43,905 bases of DNA from Bacteroidia bacterium (GTDB taxonomy: Bacteria; Bacteroidota; Bacteroidia; NS11-12g; UBA955), in the NCBI GenBank assembly GCA_036405075.1, contig DASWYG010000025.1, forward strand, positions 1-43,905, written 5' to 3'. A model generated the notes under the pieces. It did not search any database. It had not been told where the DNA came from and was given only the letters and a program-made list of their open reading frames with translations. A program made the position numbers and the translations under genes. Positions 27,302-35,582 of this stretch are shown here, one piece after another (positions within the stretch are counted from its first letter, which is position 1; each line of letters opens with the position of its first letter).

Positions 27302-28395
27302 AATCCAAAAAAGAATTGATTTTGATTGCTTGGTGGTGCGCTTGGTGTGTATTTGATGATGAAGTTAAATGCAACATCGAAAGTTACACTATCGGTACCC
27401 ACCCACGGATTTTCAAATGGAGTTGCAGAGTATGTTTTACCCGGTAGGTCTCTTGATTGAGCTGTAGTGCCTGTGTTATATCTGCTGTACCAAATGTCAT
27501 CATACGCCTCAAATGCGTGAATAAATTGCCCGGCCGTTCTCGATATGGATAAGCCTTTTGACTTTCTCCACGCGGGGAACTGATTGTAGTTAAACTCTGA
27601 GCCGGTTCCAAGTACTGCATTTGGTGTACTGGAACTATCATCGTATAAACCACATCTCCCTTTATGTGGTGCATCTAGGTGATTGACATATACCCAAATC
27701 TCATCGATTGTACAGTCTTCAGGAACTTCAAATTTTGTTCCGGCTTGAGAGGTTGCGACCACTTCCCCGGTTGAACTTGATCCGACAGTCGCCTCACCAA
27801 AGTAGTTTGTTGGGAGTTGTTGATCGAGTATTTCTAATACAAAAGTTTGCCATCCTGTTGCTGTAACACCTGTGGCAACATTGGTAGAACTCCATCCGGT
27901 ACCAGTTAAATCATAATGAACAGCCCCTATGTCTGTTGCATCACTGTTACTGTTGTGATTGGTCATTCCGCTTGGAGCGGTTGCGGCTGCGGCTGCAGGA
28001 TCTCTCGAGAAACAAAAACCTATGGCTCCGCTCGTATTGTCAGATTCTAAAAATGTGAGGGCTGCGTAGTTAAATGTTGTTGAACTGCCTCGATTTTGTA
28101 CAAATGCCCCTGGCGCCGCATTTTCGAGAACAATGCAGCATGTTGTTGTCCCATTGGTAAAGGTACCTATGGTTTCACTGGATGAAGTTGCGATTTTGTA
28201 GGCTACCCTTAATGAACATGTATTTGCTCCGGTTGTCGAATAAATGTTGGTCAGATTTTGTCCACTTGGTAAAGTTGGCGGGGTTGTATTACCATCGCGA
28301 AACGAAGCAACCAATATCATGTTCCCTGCGGAATGAGTTGGTACGGTTGCCGTATTTGTACCCCAATTTGCCGTTCCTCTTATTGACCATGCCAT
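27298..28395 (-). CDS. Receptor-binding or tail-fibre distal protein candidate (365 aa)
   Basis: T/S/G/N-rich beta-type composition. TAATG-coupled to the tail-fibre gene upstream. Confidence 0.5.
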   Translation of the reverse strand: MAWSIRGTANWGTNTATVPTHSAGNMILVASFRDGNTTPPTLPSGQNLTNIYSTTGANTCSLRVAYKIATSSSETIGTFTNGTTTCCIVLENAAPGAFVQNRGSSTTFNYAALTFLESDNTSGAIGFCFSRDPAAAAATAPSGMTNHNSNSDATDIGAVHYDLTGTGWSSTNVATGVTATGWQTFVLEILDQQLPTNYFGEATVGSSSTGEVVATSQAGTKFEVPEDCTIDEIWVYVNHLDAPHKGRCGLYDDSSSTPNAVLGTGSEFNYNQFPAWRKSKGLSISRTAGQFIHAFEAYDDIWYSRYNTGTTAQSRDLPGKTYSATPFENPWVGTDSVTFDVAFNFIIKYTPSAPPSNQNQFFFGL

Positions 28396-30071
28396 TATGC
28401 TTCACTTTGTGATGCCATACAGCACCATTTACTTGTCACTGAATCCCACTCAAACATCACAGTTAATACTTTGCCTAAAACGGTTGTCGTTGGCAGTGTT
28501 GCTGCTCTACTTGCGAATGATGCACCCCATGTGATTGCCCTTGCTGTGCCGTCGTCTTTAATCCTATATTCGAGTTGATCAAAATCGCTTGGTGTACCGG
28601 ATAAATTTGCGCTCATTGAACTGATTGCTAATGCCAATGCAGTTATGCTCACTCTATCACAATTGTCAGTGTTTACAGTTGGTGTGGCATTGCTTGTGAT
28701 AGTGGTGACACGCTTTGTGATTCGCTTATTGGTCAGGGTTGCCGTTGCGCTGTTTTTAGTTGAATCGCTTGTATTGTCAACATTACCCAAACCAACATCA
28801 CCCTTTACAAGTGTGAGATCGGTTTTAAGTTGTTCCATGGTTCGATTGGTCCATGCACCTGATTTTCGCTGAATGATGTCATCGTTTGATGGACTTAAAC
28901 CGGATATCGAAGTTAAAGCTGCGTTAATTGGTTGGTAAAGTGTATCAAAATAAGTCTTAAGAGTTGCTTTGATGTTTACCCATGTGACTTTTTTTGATGC
29001 GTTTGAGGCTGCTGAATCTGCTATACCAATCATGTCAGCATCAACTGGGGTTGTTTTGCCCGATAATCCGTTGATTACAGCCCCTAAAGTTACCGCACCC
29101 GTGCTTCCATCAAGTGAAAGAAATTGATCAGTATAATCAGCCTTAAACCAATTTGATGCAAATGTCGAAGTTGATGCATTGTCAGCAATGGCAATTACTC
29201 GGTCGTTTATTGCGAATGTTTGACCGTCAACAGTTCCACCAACTGAGACAATGTAAGATGCTCCGGCTTGTGCAGTACCTCCACCCGGAAACGATCCGCT
29301 TGAGGCATCCCATGATCCTTTTAAGACAACTGCGGCATCGAGATTGTTAACACGAGTTTCTATATCATCGAGATCAACTGCTTGAGTAACTGTGATGTTT
29401 GCAAGTTTCGCTTTTTCTGCTGCAGTAGAAAATTTCTTGGTAGCACCTTCGGTGATGTCATCGGTATCATCTACCGCTTTCATAAACGCTCCGGCGGCTG
29501 CAACATTGGTTGAATCCGTTACATCGGCTCCGGCTTCAATACCTGCAAGTTTTGTCGCTTCTGTGGATGAGAAAAATAGGTTTACCGCACCCTCTGTGAT
29601 GTCGTCTGAATTTGTAATGACATCTTGTTTTGCATCTAGTGCGGCTTGTAAATCAGTTTGATCTGAAAGAGTTCCTGAAATGTCACCCCATGCACTTGCG
29701 CCACCTCCACCACCGGCAGCGGTTTGAATCTTAATTTTACCGTCCGAAGTGAATACTTTGAAGTCGCCTGAGTACATCAATACTTCACCCGGTGCGAGAG
29801 AAACTTTGAATAAATCGAATGCGCTGCCAATCTTTTTTTGAAGTGTGATGGTATTCGAAGTTGATTCATGTTTGTTCTTAATCGACAACATCGTGACCTC
29901 AACAGTAGCATTTATTCCAGGTATTACAATTTCTGTTGTAGTTGCTGAGTTGATTGAAACACCGTATGAACTTTTATCACCTGAAATCGGCTCATAATTC
30001 ACAATAACGTCAATGTCCGCCGCAGAGGACGTGACAATTTGAATGGTGTTATCGGAGTTTTTATGGTTCAA
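28395..30071 (-). CDS. Tail fibre protein
   Basis: [23 protein letters not shown] and repeated DDITEGA-x-F-S-x-E-x-KLAGIE motifs are typical of phage tail fibres. Also has a Gly run and G/T/S/A-rich strands. Confidence 0.7.
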   Translation of the reverse strand: MNHKNSDNTIQIVTSSAADIDVIVNYEPISGDKSSYGVSINSATTTEIVIPGINATVEVTMLSIKNKHESTSNTITLQKKIGSAFDLFKVSLAPGEVLMYSGDFKVFTSDGKIKIQTAAGGGGGASAWGDISGTLSDQTDLQAALDAKQDVITNSDDITEGAVNLFFSSTEATKLAGIEAGADVTDSTNVAAAGAFMKAVDDTDDITEGATKKFSTAAEKAKLANITVTQAVDLDDIETRVNNLDAAVVLKGSWDASSGSFPGGGTAQAGASYIVSVGGTVDGQTFAINDRVIAIADNASTSTFASNWFKADYTDQFLSLDGSTGAVTLGAVINGLSGKTTPVDADMIGIADSAASNASKKVTWVNIKATLKTYFDTLYQPINAALTSISGLSPSNDDIIQRKSGAWTNRTMEQLKTDLTLVKGDVGLGNVDNTSDSTKNSATATLTNKRITKRVTTITSNATPTVNTDNCDRVSITALALAISSMSANLSGTPSDFDQLEYRIKDDGTARAITWGASFASRAATLPTTTVLGKVLTVMFEWDSVTSKWCCMASQSEA

Positions 30072-30412
30072 AGTACAGGCTTTCTATTCAGCATTTGGCG
30101 AAGTACGAATGAGTGATTGTTACCTATTCCAACTACTTCATTGATGTAGTTTTGAGCGGCTTCAACTCGACCCTCTTCGCACAGTTTTTTTATTCTTTTA
30201 AAGTGATTTACTTCTACTCCCCCGCTTCTTACTCTCTCATAAACCACTGTCGGATCAACAGGATTCCCATTAGATTGCTTGGTTATACCTTTTGCGATAA
30301 GCGATGTACCAGTGACATACTCAACTGTTTTTTGGTTTTCCGCTGTGTAGCATTTGGGCAATCCCATTGCAATGCTCTTAATGTGCTTAATATCGGATTT
30401 GGAGAGTTTCAT
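30068..30412 (-). CDS. Hypothetical basic protein (114 aa), first gene after promoter-like element P1
   Basis: ORF that is ATGA-coupled to the tail-fibre gene. Confidence 0.6.
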   Translation of the reverse strand: MKLSKSDIKHIKSIAMGLPKCYTAENQKTVEYVTGTSLIAKGITKQSNGNPVDPTVVYERVRSGGVEVNHFKRIKKLCEEGRVEAAQNYINEVVGIGNNHSFVLRQMLNRKPVL

Positions 30413-30470
30413 TTTAGCAAAAATATACTACCTATCAAGCGCATGAGTGCTGAGTTGATTGGCGTTTACG

Positions 30471-30516
30471 CAAAAATCGTTTTATTAAATAGGTCTATTC
30501 AGACGAGTTGCGAACG
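30471..30516 (-). promoter_or_regulatory. Copy P1 of the bipartite promoter-like element, upstream of the tail-fibre/packaging block
   Basis: Minus strand: CGTTCGCAACTCGTCTG-N21-GATTTTTG. It matches P3 at 15 of 17 positions in the upstream box and has identical spacing. Confidence 0.5.
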
Positions 30517-30517
30517 G

Positions 30518-30661
30518 TTAATATTTACCTGACATCCAGTTCATAAATGTTGTTATTAATTTCAAAATGAAAATACAAAACTTAACGATAGTCCCCAAAA
30601 TCAATAGTTTAAGAATCTTTAATTCAATTTTAATAAATTCCATATTTCGTTGATTATTCAT
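30518..30661 (-). CDS. Micro-ORF encoding a 47-aa hydrophobic peptide
   Basis: MNNQRNMEFIKIELKILKLLILGTIVKFCIFILKLITTFMNWMSGKY. ATGA overlap with the stop of 30658..31110. Confidence 0.45.
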   Translation of the reverse strand: MNNQRNMEFIKIELKILKLLILGTIVKFCIFILKLITTFMNWMSGKY

Positions 30662-31110
30662 ATTCCCTCTTGTATTACCATGTCATTAAAGCAAAATTGA
30701 ATATAACTTTCTTTCGACCCACTGAATAACTGCCCTTTACCTTCACCCTCTACAAAGTTTGCATTATGTTTGCAGGTTATCGTGTCGCAAACAGTTATTG
30801 AATCATCTTCTGTGACCAAATAAACATCAAATCCTACACATAACAAATCGTCAATTTCCTCACATTTCTCAAATTGTAATCCTTTATGATAAGAGGTTAA
30901 TATGTCAAATTGAGATATAAGTTTAATCCCATTATCAATGTAGCTTAATTGAGTATTTTCGAGGAATTCTTCGCATTTAGCAAAACCAATGGAACTAATG
31001 TGATTGTTATGATAATAAGGTATAATTGCAACTAGTTTGCTATTATCATATACAAGCATGTGAAATGATCCATCTTCATCTTTTGCGACTATAAACCTAT
31101 AATCATTCAT
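30658..31110 (-). CDS. Acidic hypothetical protein (150 aa)
   Basis: ORF, ATGA-coupled on both sides. Confidence 0.6.
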   Translation of the reverse strand: MNDYRFIVAKDEDGSFHMLVYDNSKLVAIIPYYHNNHISSIGFAKCEEFLENTQLSYIDNGIKLISQFDILTSYHKGLQFEKCEEIDDLLCVGFDVYLVTEDDSITVCDTITCKHNANFVEGEGKGQLFSGSKESYIQFCFNDMVIQEGI

Positions 31111-31229
31111 ACTTTCTCAACTTTATATCCTTGTGCCTCCAAAAGTCGTTTGACCTTGTAATAATTTTTTTCTTCAATTACTTGAGTACTGTCTTCTTTT
31201 CCTTTGGTGTATCTAATGGTTGTTTTCAT
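31107..31229 (-). CDS. Micro-ORF (40 aa, MKTTIRYTKGKEDSTQVIEEKNYYKVKRLLEAQGYKVEKV)
   Basis: TGATG overlap upstream and ATGA overlap downstream. Its first 15 nt, ATGAAAACAACCATT, are also present inside the 29-nt junction repeat. Confidence 0.4.
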   Translation of the reverse strand: MKTTIRYTKGKEDSTQVIEEKNYYKVKRLLEAQGYKVEKV

Positions 31230-31393
31230 CAAAATGATTTTTTTGTTTTCATTCTATGCTTTTGTATTAAATGTTTGCGCTCTAGTGCTTTTGTTTTAAG
31301 ACTTGCGTATTCCTCGGCAAATCTTATTACCCAACTATCCATAGCAGATATTTTATTCCTGTACTTTTTTAAAAACAGTTCCTCAGCTTTCAT
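31229..31393 (-). CDS. Micro-ORF (54 aa, MKAEELFLKKYRNKISAMDSWVIRFAEEYASLK...)
   Basis: It starts at the ATG that ends junction-repeat copy A. It replaces the F/L-rich plus-strand track ORF 31131..31403. Confidence 0.45.
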   Translation of the reverse strand: MKAEELFLKKYRNKISAMDSWVIRFAEEYASLKTKALERKHLIQKHRMKTKKSF

Positions 31394-31419
31394 TTCTATT
31401 TAATTAATGGTTGTTTTCA
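31391..31419 (-). repeat. 29-nt gene-junction repeat, copy A
   Basis: Minus strand: TGAAAACAACCATTAATTAAATAGAAATG, running from the stop of the upstream gene to the start of the downstream gene. Contains the palindrome TTAATTAA. Confidence 0.9.
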
Positions 31420-31794
31420 TAGGTTAATTTCTAGTTCTTGACCTGATAAGGCGTAAATAAGGTTTTGAAGTTGATGGAGGTGTTCAATATAAACCTCTAC
31501 TTTTGATATATTATCTACAAGGAAAGTGTTATTTACTTTATTGTGCCATATAGATATAGCAACATTTGAATACCCAATATATTTTCCTATTTCTTCTTTT
31601 TTCTCAAACCCACACTTCAATAGTATTTCTTCGGTAATGGGGATGGGTTCAATTTTATCTGCATTGTTGTATATTGCATTACCTTCAAGATGCACAGAAC
31701 CTAGATTGAAATCTAAATATATCCCATCTATCTGATGGAAATCTCCAAGCAATGACACCCAGTTACCTAATCTTAATTCTCTTACGTTTATCAT
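31417..31794 (-). CDS. Paralog family A protein (125 aa)
   Basis: ELRLGNW, PITEEILLKCGF and HLHQLQNLIYALSGQELEINL, a paralog of 25145..25471. Confidence 0.65.
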   Translation of the reverse strand: MINVRELRLGNWVSLLGDFHQIDGIYLDFNLGSVHLEGNAIYNNADKIEPIPITEEILLKCGFEKKEEIGKYIGYSNVAISIWHNKVNNTFLVDNISKVEVYIEHLHQLQNLIYALSGQELEINL

Positions 31795-31820
31795 TTCTAT
31801 TTAATTAATGGTTGTTTTCA
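31792..31820 (-). repeat. 29-nt gene-junction repeat, copy B
   Basis: Identical to copy A at all 29 positions. Confidence 0.9.
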
Positions 31821-32216
31821 CTTTAATTCAGCTTCTAATTTTTGTATTTGAAGTTCAGTCCAATCATGATTGAGTAGTTCAAAATGTTCATTTCTGAAAT
31901 CTTTGACTGATTGAATGCTTGATTTAGCGTTTTTAATTTTGGTAAACAATTCTTTCATCATTTGCGCCTTACAGTATCTTATAGCTTCGCTTTCTTTAAC
32001 AAAGTAAAACACACGCTTATTGTCTGAATATCTAGAATATTCAATTACCACTTCACCTGAGTTAATTTTACGGGGTATTTTTTCGTCGGATGGCAAATAC
32101 AACTTTTCAGAATCTACTTTATAGATAGTAATAGATTCGTACTTCATTGTATTTTTGTAAACTTTATAAACTTTGTCTCCTGCTGTTAATTCGATAAATT
32201 TTGTTTTTGCTATCAT
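31818..32216 (-). CDS. Hypothetical protein (132 aa)
   Basis: ORF bounded on both sides by junction repeats. Confidence 0.6.
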   Translation of the reverse strand: MIAKTKFIELTAGDKVYKVYKNTMKYESITIYKVDSEKLYLPSDEKIPRKINSGEVVIEYSRYSDNKRVFYFVKESEAIRYCKAQMMKELFTKIKNAKSSIQSVKDFRNEHFELLNHDWTELQIQKLEAELK

Positions 32217-32242
32217 TTCTGTTTAATTAATGGTTGTTTTCA
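32214..32242 (-). repeat. 29-nt gene-junction repeat, copy C
   Basis: Matches copy A at 28 of 29 positions. The similarity to copy A continues for about 70 more nt into the 3' end of the adjacent gene. Confidence 0.9.
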
Positions 32243-32612
32243 TAGGTTAATTTCTAGTTCTTCGCCTGTTAATGCGAAGTAGAGGTTTTGAAGTTGGTGG
32301 AGGTATTTGATATGTCCTTGTTTAAATGATATAAATGTATCGTCTTGAATTATGTCACATTCTCCGCAATTAAAGTTATAAAACCTCAACCCCATCCTTG
32401 GGTTAAAATATATAACTGCCCATTCTCCACTCTTTTCAACCCCACCCCTCGTAAAGTGTTATTTCTTTATGTTGTAATGGATTTAAAGCGTATAAGGCAG
32501 CTAGCTTCAACTCCCCATTTGTATGCTCAGAATCGTGTTCTAAAGTCCATCCATGTTTTTCTAATTGTTCCCGTCTCTCGTCGGAAATCAATTCAATTCC
32601 TGTTTTATTCAT
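32240..32612 (-). pseudogene. Decayed chimeric gene: an unrelated N-terminal module fused to a family A C-terminal module
   Basis: The frame from the ATG at 32612 gives MNKTGIELISDERREQLEKHGWTLEHDSEHTNGELKLAALYAL...ITLYEGWG and then hits TGA. The family A homology can only be followed across that stop and one frameshift, ending ...GHIKYLHQLQNLYFALTGEELEINL at 32240. Confidence 0.5.
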
Positions 32613-32866
32613 GATTGATTAAATGTTTGTTCAAAGTATTGTTCTGCATTTTTAAATTCTTTCACCAATTGGTCAGCATTATCACTCAACCCTTGATTGT
32701 AAGCATTTTCTATTTGCGCTCGTTCCTTTTCTTTTGCTTGTTTGATAGACAGTGTTACGGCATGGCTTTGTCCATAGCCATCGCTGTGCAAATACCTTAA
32801 TTGCTTTAGTCTTTCAACTAAATACTCAACGGCTGTTTGTTGTTTTTTGGTTGTATCTTGTTTCAT
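32609..32866 (-). CDS. Hypothetical protein (85 aa counted from MKQDTTKKQQ)
   Basis: The ATG at 32866 forms an ATGA overlap with the stop of 32863..33201. The longer track ORF would overlap that gene by 67 nt. Confidence 0.55.
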   Translation of the reverse strand: MKQDTTKKQQTAVEYLVERLKQLRYLHSDGYGQSHAVTLSIKQAKEKERAQIENAYNQGLSDNADQLVKEFKNAEQYFEQTFNQS

Positions 32867-33201
32867 GGTGTTGGTGGTTCGGGTAATGGTTGCCAGTGGG
32901 TAACTATTGGGTGATGTAAAATGCTCCAATCATTGAATTCATAGTCGTAAAATACCACAGATATTACCCCGGAATCATAAAGAATTAATACCTTTTCAGA
33001 GAAGTTTTGCCCTGTGTTTTCAGGAAGCCTATCCTCAACACTTATCCATTTACTTGCCTTCAATTCTTCAATTTCTTTTTGAAGGGAGGCTGTTTTTGAT
33101 TGGGCGTATTGTTCGGAAATAATTGCAATAGTATTTCTTGCGGCACTTGGAAGACCTGATAATTCATTATCAATTTTTTGTGTTAATTGTTGTTTATTCA
33201 T
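32863..33201 (-). CDS. DUF551-like phage protein (112 aa)
   Basis: The C-terminus WISVEDRLPE...VTHWQPLPEPP matches the DUF551 signature as recalled from memory. Confidence 0.6.
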   Translation of the reverse strand: MNKQQLTQKIDNELSGLPSAARNTIAIISEQYAQSKTASLQKEIEELKASKWISVEDRLPENTGQNFSEKVLILYDSGVISVVFYDYEFNDWSILHHPIVTHWQPLPEPPTP

Positions 33202-33541
33202 GATTAATTGTTTTTAAATATTCTTTTGCCTTTATTGAACACTCATCTTCAGGGTAATTTTTGCCATATTCTTGCCTGAATGCGTCTAGTGCGCCATCAG
33301 ATGAAGCTAACATTACTTTGAGGTGATGGACAAGGTTCTTATTAACATTTTTCAATCTCTCTATCTCCTTATCCTTTTCCTGTATCAGTTGATTATGATA
33401 GGTTTCGGATAGGTATCTTTTAAACCCGTCATTAACTCTATGTTGCCAAATGGAGGCGTTATGCACCCATTCTGATGCAACTACTGTTCTAAGGTCTTGG
33501 TTATCGACCCAAATTTCTGTTGGTTCTTTTGGTTGGTTCAT
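33194..33541 (-). CDS. Hypothetical protein (115 aa)
   Basis: ORF in the operon. Confidence 0.55.
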   Translation of the reverse strand: MNQPKEPTEIWVDNQDLRTVVASEWVHNASIWQHRVNDGFKRYLSETYHNQLIQEKDKEIERLKNVNKNLVHHLKVMLASSDGALDAFRQEYGKNYPEDECSIKAKEYLKTINHE

Positions 33542-33559
33542 AATGTTTCTATAATTTTA

Positions 33560-33856
33560 TTAAATATACCCCTCTGAAATATCAATATCTTTACAAGTAA
33601 CATTATCAATTTCACCCAATACATCACACCAAAATTTTCTACAATCGTTGGTATAATCATCGGAACGGTCTTCCCATTCTTCATGAATTTCTTCGACGAC
33701 TTTTTTGGCACATATCTTACAATTTTCCAGAATAGTTGGTCCGTAAGCGGTGTTTGTAAGCATACTGCTCCCAGAATAAGGATAAACTATACCCTTATAA
33801 TAATCAACTAATTCAATAGCTTTTTGTTTTGCTGTTTTTGGTTTATTTTCTTTCAT
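33560..33856 (-). CDS. Cys-containing hypothetical protein (98 aa)
   Basis: ORF. Its upstream sequence ATAGAAACATTATG is shared with the next gene. Confidence 0.55.
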   Translation of the reverse strand: MKENKPKTAKQKAIELVDYYKGIVYPYSGSSMLTNTAYGPTILENCKICAKKVVEEIHEEWEDRSDDYTNDCRKFWCDVLGEIDNVTCKDIDISEGYI

Positions 33857-34053
33857 AATGTTTCTATTTCGTTGTTATAAATCTTTTCTAAAAGGACAAT
33901 ATTTTTAGGTTTTTGATTATCTAAACCCAAATAAATTGCTTCTTTAATACTGCTTACCTTTGAATCTGAAAAATGTTTTTCCATGTTCTCAAGCAACTCG
34001 TTTCTTAGTTTCTCATCCTTTACGGATTCAAACCATTGTTTAATTGTTTTCAT
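33853..34053 (-). CDS. Hypothetical protein (66 aa)
   Basis: ORF, ATGA-coupled. Confidence 0.55.
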   Translation of the reverse strand: MKTIKQWFESVKDEKLRNELLENMEKHFSDSKVSSIKEAIYLGLDNQKPKNIVLLEKIYNNEIETL

Positions 34054-34649
34054 TGTATGTGATTTATTTTGAGGTTTTTATTTACAATATCAATAATATA
34101 TTCTCCAATGTGCTTGCGGCAAATGTCAGCAGTAGCTAATTCATTAGTTTTTACGGCGGCGTGAGCAGTAGCGTAGGCGGCGGTATGGATTACCTCAATA
34201 TTAGTATCACGCATCTTAAAGTCAACACTTGCTATATATGTATCATAGGCATGATTATGAACAACAGAAGATGAATATGAGGCACCTGGGGCTTGGTCAA
34301 AAATATCATCATCGTCATTAGTTGATATAACTGAAATGCAATCGCTTAGCACATCTTCAGTAATTTTACCATTACCGTAATCAATAAGCGCATTTATAGC
34401 ATTTTTAATTTCATCACTATCCTCTAGGTTAATCACCGTTGCAGCACAATGCCCGTAAGCAAGTGATAAACGATTCTTTTCAACGCCGATTCTTTTTGCT
34501 AAGCATTGAAGCCAGTCACCCCTTGGACATGAAGCAACAAAATCTTCTACCGACATATCGCCTATCCATTCATAAACCTCTCCTGCGACATAAACTTTGG
34601 ATAAATACTCTTTAAATGTCATTGTATGTTTCGTTAAAGTATTGTTCAC
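34050..34649 (-). CDS. Helical hypothetical protein (199 aa) with a CPRGDW motif and an Ala-rich C-terminal half
   Basis: ORF with no enzyme motif recognised. Confidence 0.55.
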   Translation of the reverse strand: MNNTLTKHTMTFKEYLSKVYVAGEVYEWIGDMSVEDFVASCPRGDWLQCLAKRIGVEKNRLSLAYGHCAATVINLEDSDEIKNAINALIDYGNGKITEDVLSDCISVISTNDDDDIFDQAPGASYSSSVVHNHAYDTYIASVDFKMRDTNIEVIHTAAYATAHAAVKTNELATADICRKHIGEYIIDIVNKNLKINHIQ

Positions 34650-34878
34650 TTGTTATCACAAGACGTTTTGATACTTCTCCACAACCTTCATATTCTGCCT
34701 CAGTGTACAAATGCCCGTCTTCTCTAGCATTTATAATACACTCTCGCTCGGTAGGTAAGAGTGAGTCTATTAGTTTAATAACTTCGTGCATTAAATTACT
34801 TTCACTAGCAGTAAGTATCTTTGGTGTAATAAAATCTTCGCGAAGATTTTCCTTTAATTGTTGTAATGGTGTTTTCAT
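34612..34878 (-). CDS. Hypothetical protein (88 aa counted from MKTPLQQLKENL)
   Basis: The track start at 34944 is non-ATG and would run through a 38-aa micro-ORF. ATG at 34878. Confidence 0.5.
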   Translation of the reverse strand: MKTPLQQLKENLREDFITPKILTASESNLMHEVIKLIDSLLPTERECIINAREDGHLYTEAEYEGCGEVSKRLVITSEQYFNETYNDI

Positions 34879-34879
34879 T

Positions 34880-34996
34880 TTACTTTGATTGATTGTGATT
34901 TGATTTAATAATTCTCTTACTCCAGTTATACTGCACAATCGCAACTAGGAGCCATCCAATGAAGATGTAAACAGGTGTCAACGCTAATACTATCAT
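34880..34996 (-). CDS. Micro-ORF encoding a 38-aa single-TM peptide
   Basis: MIVLALTPVYIFIGWLLVAIVQYNWSKRIIKSNHNQSK. ATGA overlap with the stop of 34993..35373. Confidence 0.4.
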   Translation of the reverse strand: MIVLALTPVYIFIGWLLVAIVQYNWSKRIIKSNHNQSK

Positions 34997-35373
34997 GACA
35001 ACGAATTGAGTTTATTTGTGATGTTTTGAATGTGCGCCGAGAATTTCCGATTAGAATCCAGTAGATCATTTGCCGTATTTATCATATTTACGGAGCTGCT
35101 GTGAGACTTTCTATTCATCAGCGAGGCAATCATACCCTTGTGGTCTGTAACGTGCCTATAAAGCAAAATTGCCCATGCAGGTCTTGCGTAAATTAAATTG
35201 CCTGACTTTTTCTTTGACAAAAGATCGTCTTGAGTGACTTTAAATTCAGCGCAAACACATTCTTGTATGCTTGATTCATTGAAGAGTATTGTTTGTTTTT
35301 CCATTTGGTATTTGATTTTTAAATTATTGGGGCAATGGTCCTTGGTTGAAATTTTGGTTCTTTGGTGTCTCAT
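34993..35373 (-). CDS. DnaA domain IV-like DNA-binding protein (126 aa)
   Basis: FKVTQDDLLSKKKSGNLIYARPAWAILLYRHVTDHKGMIASLMNRKSHSSSVNMINTANDLL...HIQNITNKL follows the pattern of the DnaA C-terminal domain (DL-S-R...AR-A-YL...IG...DH-TV...I). Confidence 0.55.
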   Translation of the reverse strand: MRHQRTKISTKDHCPNNLKIKYQMEKQTILFNESSIQECVCAEFKVTQDDLLSKKKSGNLIYARPAWAILLYRHVTDHKGMIASLMNRKSHSSSVNMINTANDLLDSNRKFSAHIQNITNKLNSLS

Positions 35374-35582
35374 TCGAAATTTAGTGCTTGAATGTGTGCT
35401 TGTTTCTCGCAGTCGATAATTGCCTGAACTGCTGCCTTTGGGCTACTAAACATTATCTTACCTTCATGTGTTTGATGACGATATTTTGAAATATCGATTC
35501 TGAACATCGATACAATTTCATCGATTGAATAACCTCCAATAAAGTGAGCCTGTACAACGTCTATGTAAATTTGTTCGTTCAT
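35370..35582 (-). CDS. Hypothetical protein (70 aa)
   Basis: ORF, ATGA-coupled on both sides. Confidence 0.55.
   Translation of the reverse strand: MNEQIYIDVVQAHFIGGYSIDEIVSMFRIDISKYRHQTHEGKIMFSSPKAAVQAIIDCEKQAHIQALNFE

Noticed and set aside
31131-31403. 90-aa plus-strand ORF.
   Set aside because: It is F/L-rich and lies antisense to two minus-strand micro-ORFs. Those micro-ORFs start and stop exactly at the conserved junctions, with TGATG and ATGA overlaps.
32345-32614. 89-aa plus-strand ORF.
   Set aside because: It lies antisense to the decayed chimeric gene, and the homology to the paralog family is on the minus strand.
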